Assembly: GCA_964527115.1 (NCBI GenBank)
Contig: CAZGPK010000002.1
Span: forward strand, 20,765 to 84,764
From: an uncultured Gammaproteobacteria bacterium
GTDB taxonomy: Bacteria > Patescibacteriota > Microgenomatia > UBA12405 > CAZGPK01
Direction: 5' to 3'
DNA length: 64,000 nt
Every line of letters begins with the position of its first letter. Position 1 is the stretch's first letter. Below the pieces are notes generated by a model. That model had not been told where the DNA came from. It did not search any database and saw only the letters and a list, made by a program, of their open reading frames with translations. The position numbers and the translations under genes are program-made. Positions 58,812-64,000 of this stretch are shown piece by piece.

Positions 58812-59320
58812 AAAAAAGAGGAAAAAGAGGTTTTACGCTGGTGGAGATGCTGGTGGTGACGGTGGGGGTGGGGTTGATGGCGGTGTCGGTGGTGGGGGTT
58901 TTTCTCAATATGTCACGAGTAAATAGAAAAGTGCAGAGGATGCAGGAAGTGGAGAGTACAGCCTCTTGGATTTTGCGGTCGATGGAACAGGTAATTCAGT
59001 CGGCACGGGAGATAGAGAATGCGGATACAGTTTGTTTTGGGGAAAGGAGGGCGAATTTGACAGTGGTGGGGCGGGACGGAGGGGTGACCAATTACAGTTG
59101 CAGCAATGGTCAGATAGCTTCCGGATCGGCTGCTTTGAATAATATAAATCGTGTTAGTTTGACCAGTTGTAATTTTGTGAGCTGTGAAGGGGGGTCAGGA
59201 GCACAAGCAACGGTAGTAACCTTAAATTTTGAGTTAGTGGCCGGTGATGCTTCTTCTCCTCGGATAGAAGACCAAGCAAGAAAGAGTTTTTACCAGAGAA
59301 TTGTGTTGAGGGGGTACTAA
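58808..59320 (+). CDS. prepilin-type pilin-like protein
   Basis: KRGKRG|FTLVEMLVVTVGVGLMAV. Confidence 0.7.
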   Translation: MKKRGKRGFTLVEMLVVTVGVGLMAVSVVGVFLNMSRVNRKVQRMQEVESTASWILRSMEQVIQSAREIENADTVCFGERRANLTVVGRDGGVTNYSCSNGQIASGSAALNNINRVSLTSCNFVSCEGGSGAQATVVTLNFELVAGDASSPRIEDQARKSFYQRIVLRGY

Positions 59321-59361
59321 GGTTAAATTACTTTTACAATAAACTTGTAATAGTACATTAT

Positions 59362-60261
59362 GTGATATTTTTTTGGGAAAATGTTATAATATTAGACAAT
59401 ATGTTTACTGGAGAGCGTGGAGCATTTGTTTGGAAAGAAAGGGTGAGAAAAGGGGCTCAGTTTTTAGTTTGGTTTTCTTTGGCTGCGGGATTGTTATCTG
59501 TAGCGGAAGCACATGCAGATTTAGCTATTAGAGGTAGAGAGAGTGAAGAGCAATCCAGTGTAGATTATCAAAGTGTGGAAGTTTATGAACCAACTGTTTA
59601 TCGGTATCTATTCTCACAAGAAGAAAGTGCTCGGATGGCGGGAGATGTTCTTAATCCAATTACAGGTGAACAGCTTGATGTTTTGGTGCGTAAAGAGGTG
59701 GTTAAAACAGAGAAGGGGTGGAGGGCTGGTTTGGTTTTACAAGGTAGGGGGGCGATAGATTTCCTTGAGGGTCAGGTTGAGTTTACTGGTGCTGAGGGAA
59801 GGCTGGTGGATATTAGAGATTTAATGGGAGAGGCAGTCGAGATTGTGACAAATACTTCATTGGAACCGCAGGAAATTTCTTTTCAACAAGGTCCAACAAT
59901 TGGAGGAGCTTGGGATTCATTGAGTGGAAAGCCCCCCTTGTTTGGTGGTGGAATTTCAGTTTTGCAAGCTGAAGATGGACGCTTTGCTGTTTTATATGAA
60001 TATTATGTAAGGTCTGGAAATGGGGCTGGGGAGTTTATACAAGTGTACTGTTCTGAAATAATAGAAGGGGGTGGTTGTGTGATCAGGAGTATTTTTGATC
60101 CAGTGTCACAGGGGGTTTCTGGGGTTTTGAGAGAAGTTGGATCTAGGCCTTCATTGATTTTAGTAACTGATGATTATGAATGGCCGGCACCAAGCGAGCC
60201 AATAAATGGCCAAGCAAGGATAGGGAATCTGAAAGGTGGAGTTTTTCCAGTAGAATTGTAA
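59362..60261 (+). CDS. secreted hypothetical protein downstream of the pilin array
   Basis: A signal peptide is present if translation starts at the Met at 59401 (GAQFLVWFSLAAGLLSVAEAHA); no known domain. Confidence 0.35.
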   Translation: MIFFWENVIILDNMFTGERGAFVWKERVRKGAQFLVWFSLAAGLLSVAEAHADLAIRGRESEEQSSVDYQSVEVYEPTVYRYLFSQEESARMAGDVLNPITGEQLDVLVRKEVVKTEKGWRAGLVLQGRGAIDFLEGQVEFTGAEGRLVDIRDLMGEAVEIVTNTSLEPQEISFQQGPTIGGAWDSLSGKPPLFGGGISVLQAEDGRFAVLYEYYVRSGNGAGEFIQVYCSEIIEGGGCVIRSIFDPVSQGVSGVLREVGSRPSLILVTDDYEWPAPSEPINGQARIGNLKGGVFPVEL

Positions 60262-60304
60262 GTTATTGGGTTATTGATTTAATCTTTGTTAGAATAGGTG
60301 AAAT

Positions 60305-61543
60305 ATGGTAGCTGAATCTCAGGACTTGGTTCAGGAAGGCAGAAAAGTGAGAGAGGGAGGGAGGGAAACAAGAAAGAGCGGACTGGGTCCTGTGGGGAGG
60401 GTTTTTTTTGCTGCTTTGGCTTTTTATTTAATTGGATCTCAAGTTGACCCCGTAGTTTCAGGTGAACTTGGTTTAAGTAATGCGCTTTCAGTAGGCAATT
60501 CTTATTCTGAAAGTTACTGGGTTCCAGTTGGTCAAGATACTGGGAATTTAGATACACTTGATGTGGAAATGGAGTCGTCCTCCCAGGTTTTTTTGCCACA
60601 AGTGGAAAGGAATATTTTGAGTTTGGATACACTTGATGTGGAAATGGAGTCGTCCTCCCAGGTTTTTTCGCCACAAGTGGAAAGGAATATTTTTGTTCAG
60701 GATAAAGAAGCTACTTTAAGAGCTTTTGCTATTTTTGGACGAGGACTTGATTCTGCTGATAAATTGAAAGAAGAAGATGTGGTTCGTGTTGATAATTTTT
60801 TAGGTGCTATAGAAAAAAATGAAGATTTGATTAGAGAAATTTTCGTTTTGACAGCGGAGGCACAGGTTTTTTTTGATAATTTTATGGTTTCTTCTGGCTT
60901 AAGTTCGGAAGATTTTGACGATGGAAAATTTCCTGTTTATGAGATTTCAAGGGAGCAAACCTTACTTTTACCAGAGCGTTTAGATGATCCGAACTGTTTA
61001 GGTTTTGTTTCTGGTTTTGCGGGAGCAGCTAATTCTGAGAGTCCGGATGAGTTTATTCAAATTTATGCCTCTTGGAATAACCGAGGGCTTCTAACTGATC
61101 CTTTCCACACTTTAAGTTTAGTTAGAACGCTGATTCATGAAAGGGCGATGCATAGTGTTTGGGAGCGCCAGTTAACGGTATCTAGTAAGCTACCTCTAGA
61201 TTGGAGGCATCATGCTTTTGATTTTGGTGAATGGATGGTTTCTGAATTAGTGGCGCAAAAAATTGGGGTAAAAAATCCTTTTGAACCTAATCCGAGGATT
61301 GTGTATTTTTTGTGGGAGCTAAAAGAGTCAGGAGCAAACTGGCGTTGGGCGGAAGCAGTTTTTATTTCTGCTGAAAATGCTGACGTGCTTTTAAGTGGAT
61401 ATTGGGATGAGCAAGTGATAGAAAAGGGAAAGTCAGATGATACTTTTGAAGATTTAATGGAAATGCCTGAATACAAAGTGAGGGAGAAGTTTGATTATGA
61501 TGAGGCAATGGATTTTTTCAGAGTTGAGCTTGGGTTAAAATGA
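60305..61543 (+). CDS. membrane-anchored protein with HExxH (putative Zn-metallopeptidase) motif and internal 25-aa tandem repeat
   Basis: N-terminal TM (VFFAALAFYLIGS), a duplicated LDTLDVEMESSSQVF(L/S)PQVERNI(L/F) unit, and LIHERAMHSVWE containing HExxH. Confidence 0.35.
   Translation: MVAESQDLVQEGRKVREGGRETRKSGLGPVGRVFFAALAFYLIGSQVDPVVSGELGLSNALSVGNSYSESYWVPVGQDTGNLDTLDVEMESSSQVFLPQVERNILSLDTLDVEMESSSQVFSPQVERNIFVQDKEATLRAFAIFGRGLDSADKLKEEDVVRVDNFLGAIEKNEDLIREIFVLTAEAQVFFDNFMVSSGLSSEDFDDGKFPVYEISREQTLLLPERLDDPNCLGFVSGFAGAANSESPDEFIQIYASWNNRGLLTDPFHTLSLVRTLIHERAMHSVWERQLTVSSKLPLDWRHHAFDFGEWMVSELVAQKIGVKNPFEPNPRIVYFLWELKESGANWRWAEAVFISAENADVLLSGYWDEQVIEKGKSDDTFEDLMEMPEYKVREKFDYDEAMDFFRVELGLK
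60551..60700 (+). repeat. 75-bp perfect-to-near-perfect tandem duplication (2 copies) inside the 60305..61543 CDS
   Basis: GATACACTTGATGTGGAAATGGAGTCGTCCTCCCAGGTTTTT..GCCACAAGTGGAAAGGAATATTTT occurs at 60551 and again at 60626; the antisense ORF shows the same duplication. Confidence 0.8.
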
Positions 61544-61623
61544 TTTTGTTCATATTTTATTATGTAATGGTTTTTTGTGAACATATTGTTGATTTTTGAT
61601 ATATTATTTGTTATAATGTCTTT

Positions 61624-62010
61624 ATGTTCAATGAGGTTGGTCGTGAAATTAGGGATAATGGGGGTAAGAGGTTAATAAGGCTCGCTGCTGTTGGTTTGGT
61701 GATTATTGGATCTGTTTGTTCTGGTTGTGTGTCTGGTGGTAAAACTGATATTGTTTCTACACCTACGTCCGAGGTTATTCCTACTGTAACAAATACTCCT
61801 TTTCCGACCTGTGTTCCTGATTCTTCAAAAGTAGGTATTCCTTTGGGGGCTGTTCTGACTGGAAATAAGTATTTTACACCAGATGAAGCCCGTTATCATG
61901 GGTGGAACCCGTGTGAGTGGCGCCAAGTCGAAAGGGATTATTATTCTCCATGTGATATTCAGGTTGAGGGTGGGTGTGAGGGGTCGATTTGGTTTGTTCC
62001 TTTGCCTTGA
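61624..62010 (+). CDS. small secreted/lipoprotein-like Cys-containing protein
   Basis: TM/signal segment with a lipobox-like GSVCSGC; 128 aa. Confidence 0.3.
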   Translation: MFNEVGREIRDNGGKRLIRLAAVGLVIIGSVCSGCVSGGKTDIVSTPTSEVIPTVTNTPFPTCVPDSSKVGIPLGAVLTGNKYFTPDEARYHGWNPCEWRQVERDYYSPCDIQVEGGCEGSIWFVPLP

Positions 62011-62141
62011 GTTGTTTTGTAAGGATGTTTGTATTTTTTTCTGGTTGTAGTGCATTGATTTGGTTGTAATCGTTTTTGGGTTGTTGTAGCATGTTCTTAG
62101 TGATTTGTTTTGATTTATTGTATTGATTTTGCTTTTTTGTA

Positions 62142-62687
62142 ATGGTTGAACTTTTTTTAAAATTAAGGTCGAAGATGTCGTGGGACAGGAGGCTGAACAG
62201 AGTGATAGCATTTTTATTTCTTTTTTTGTTTTTTGTGCTAGTTATTGATGGTTATTTGTATTTGAAAATGGGATATGGATTTAATAGGGGTAAGAATGTT
62301 TATTTTAGTGATAACCAGGTAGGTGTGGATGGCTTTACTGAAGGCTTATTGGAGCGTCGTCTTGCTAATGGTGAATTTTGCGATAAGGTTAAAATTGGAG
62401 AAATGCTTCAAGTGTCCAGAGGTGAAATTATGAAAATTACAGGTTTGGTATTAGAGGTTTCAAGTGAAGATGGCAAGTATATAATTGATTCTGGTGAATG
62501 TTTGTTGAATATGAAAATTGCCAAGGTAGAGGCGGTTTATTACTTGCTTGATGCTGAAAAAAAAGACAATATATCTGTTGGCGATGTCGTTAGTTTGGGT
62601 GGAATGGAGTTAGAAGACGATGGTGTTTTGATTGTTGGAGATGTTTGGGTTCAGTCTGAAAAAATTAAAGATTTTTTGGTTATATAG
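62142..62687 (+). CDS. membrane-anchored hypothetical protein
   Basis: N-terminal TM (VIAFLFLFLFFVLVIDGYLYL) with a beta-rich C-terminal domain. Confidence 0.35.
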   Translation: MVELFLKLRSKMSWDRRLNRVIAFLFLFLFFVLVIDGYLYLKMGYGFNRGKNVYFSDNQVGVDGFTEGLLERRLANGEFCDKVKIGEMLQVSRGEIMKITGLVLEVSSEDGKYIIDSGECLLNMKIAKVEAVYYLLDAEKKDNISVGDVVSLGGMELEDDGVLIVGDVWVQSEKIKDFLVI

Positions 62688-62691
62688 GAGA

Positions 62692-64000
62692 ATGATAAGA
62701 AATAGGATATTTTTTGCTCTTTGTTTTTTGTTTGTTTGTTTGGGTATTTCTTTTTGGTCAAATTTAGCTTTGGCCCAAGAATTTTATTGTGATGTTGGTT
62801 GTGTTTCTTTTACTAATAATTTGGATTGGGATTGTACCCCTCAGGATTGTTACTATGCTGGTACGGCTTGTGAGGGTAGTAAGGATGCTTATTCTAGGAT
62901 TTATATTGATGGAGATGGTTGTCACCAGGTTGTTTATATTGGTTGTGGAGGATGCTCTGGTGGTGGGGTTGTTGTTAAAAAAGAATTGTGGGTAAGGGTG
63001 TGGGATACAAGTAAGAATTTGCCGTGGGAAAGGTATTGTGGGGAAACGAGTTTTTGTGGTACCTCAAACTGTTATGGACGGAATTTGCGGGTGAGAGTTG
63101 GTTTTGACCCTACAGGGGTCAATAATCTTGATTATGGTGATAATAATTTTAGCTGGTCTGAGGGTGGATTTTCCTATCTTGGCCGAAGTTCTCAGCCAGA
63201 ACTTTATCGCCAAGTAGAGTGTGTTAGCGCTACTCATTTTCCCGATTCCCCTATTACCGCCGAGATGGCTGATATTGATCCAGTGAAGATATTTTATCCA
63301 ACTGATCATTTGAATCGACGGGCGGCAATGTCGGCAGATTGGACATATAGTGGTCCGCACTATGTGACTTTGACTCCTCCGAGTGGGTATGTTTGCACTT
63401 CAATTAAATCGCGAAGTCCCGGGGGAAATTTTGATGAGAGTTCATTGGCTGCTTGCGATTGCACGATTCAGGTTCCCGGACATGGTGGGGGGCAGTTTGT
63501 GACTTTTAATATTGCTCCAGATACGGGGCAGTGTGCTTTGCCAACAGGGGCGTTGGACGTACCAAGTTGTGCTGGTGGGGCAGTTTCTGGGTGGGCTTGT
63601 GACGCGACAGACTATACTAAAGCGTTGACAGTTGAGGCAAAGCTTGACGGAGTTTCCATCGGGACTACGGTGGCGAACAGTCTTGGTTATTCAGTTGTGA
63701 CTTCTGCCTGTGGGGGGCAGGCTTATCATCGTTTTTCAATAGCAATTCCTTCAAGTTATTGGGATGGTAATACCCATTCGGTTACTGGTTTTGCAACAGA
63801 TTATGGAACAGGGGGTGGATCTTATCCTTTGTCAAATAATCCCCAGACATTTGGGCCTTGTCTGATAACTACTCCCACTCCTTTTTATGATGCTCATGTG
63901 CGAAGTACGGCTGGATCAGCGGTTTCGCGAACGCTTTGTCCGGCCAGATTTGACGCTGGGCCCACTAATATTTCTCTGGGGACTTGTGATACCAGATCTG
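62692..64000 (+). CDS. secreted Cys-rich protein, 3'-truncated by window end
   Basis: Not in the ORF track because no stop is reached. ATG at 62692 follows AGGAG by 8 nt. Signal peptide (IFFALCFLFVCLGISFWSNLALA). Frame 1 stays open for about 436 codons to the window end. Many Cys in CxxC/CGGC-like pairs. Confidence 0.5.
   Translation, partial: MIRNRIFFALCFLFVCLGISFWSNLALAQEFYCDVGCVSFTNNLDWDCTPQDCYYAGTACEGSKDAYSRIYIDGDGCHQVVYIGCGGCSGGGVVVKKELWVRVWDTSKNLPWERYCGETSFCGTSNCYGRNLRVRVGFDPTGVNNLDYGDNNFSWSEGGFSYLGRSSQPELYRQVECVSATHFPDSPITAEMADIDPVKIFYPTDHLNRRAAMSADWTYSGPHYVTLTPPSGYVCTSIKSRSPGGNFDESSLAACDCTIQVPGHGGGQFVTFNIAPDTGQCALPTGALDVPSCAGGAVSGWACDATDYTKALTVEAKLDGVSIGTTVANSLGYSVVTSACGGQAYHRFSIAIPSSYWDGNTHSVTGFATDYGTGGGSYPLSNNPQTFGPCLITTPTPFYDAHVRSTAGSAVSRTLCPARFDAGPTNISLGTCDTRS

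Overview
The 64-kb window reads as a small-genome bacterium using standard code 11 (TGA is a stop). Its gene content is typical of a CPR/Patescibacteria-like organism: an archaeal-type TyrRS, a single Xer recombinase, many Cys-rich secreted hypotheticals and a very large type IV pilus locus.

Layout, from start to end:
- 1-5210: a surface-protein locus of five consecutive genes built from cohesin-like and dockerin-like modules. One cohesin carries a C-terminal LPETG sortase signal; another protein is Cys-rich and another has an FN3-like domain.
- 5.2-14.8 kb: a housekeeping block (rpsU, yqeY, ybeY-like, dnaX, ybaB, recR, rpsF-ssb-rpsR), then an S41 protease and HtrA, then convergent prfA-rpmE-hisS with tRNA-His. 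The prfA product lacks the whole N-terminal domain 1.
- 16.4-24.5 kb: two secreted hypotheticals, an MBL-fold hydrolase, dnaB, tRNA-Leu, an lgt-like/traR/lspA/rluD block, an LCP-family protein and yebC.
- 24.5-27.3 kb: a 1.36-kb AT-rich gene-free region, a XerC/D-like tyrosine recombinase, and a candidate SRP RNA (ffs).
- 27.3-39 kb: gyrA-gyrB, an alpha/beta hydrolase, a SpoU methyltransferase, a ferredoxin, a HEPN-like protein, archaeal-type tyrS beside tRNA-Tyr, and a CapA-family protein.
- 39-49.8 kb: a THUMP methyltransferase, a MacAB/HlyD-type efflux triad, an MFS transporter, tRNA-Ala, pth, hpf, ligA, a Fic protein and a holB-like gene.
- 49.8-64 kb: a complete type IV pilus operon (pilB, pilT, pilC, major pilin with a strong terminator, pilD, then eight further prepilin-like genes), followed by secreted or membrane-anchored hypotheticals. 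These include an HExxH protein with a 75-bp tandem duplication and a Cys-rich protein truncated at the window end.

No CRISPR array, rRNA or IS element was seen. The best candidates for something undescribed are the cohesin-dockerin-LPXTG locus with non-enzymatic cargo, the domain-1-less RF1, and the accessory module downstream of the pilins.
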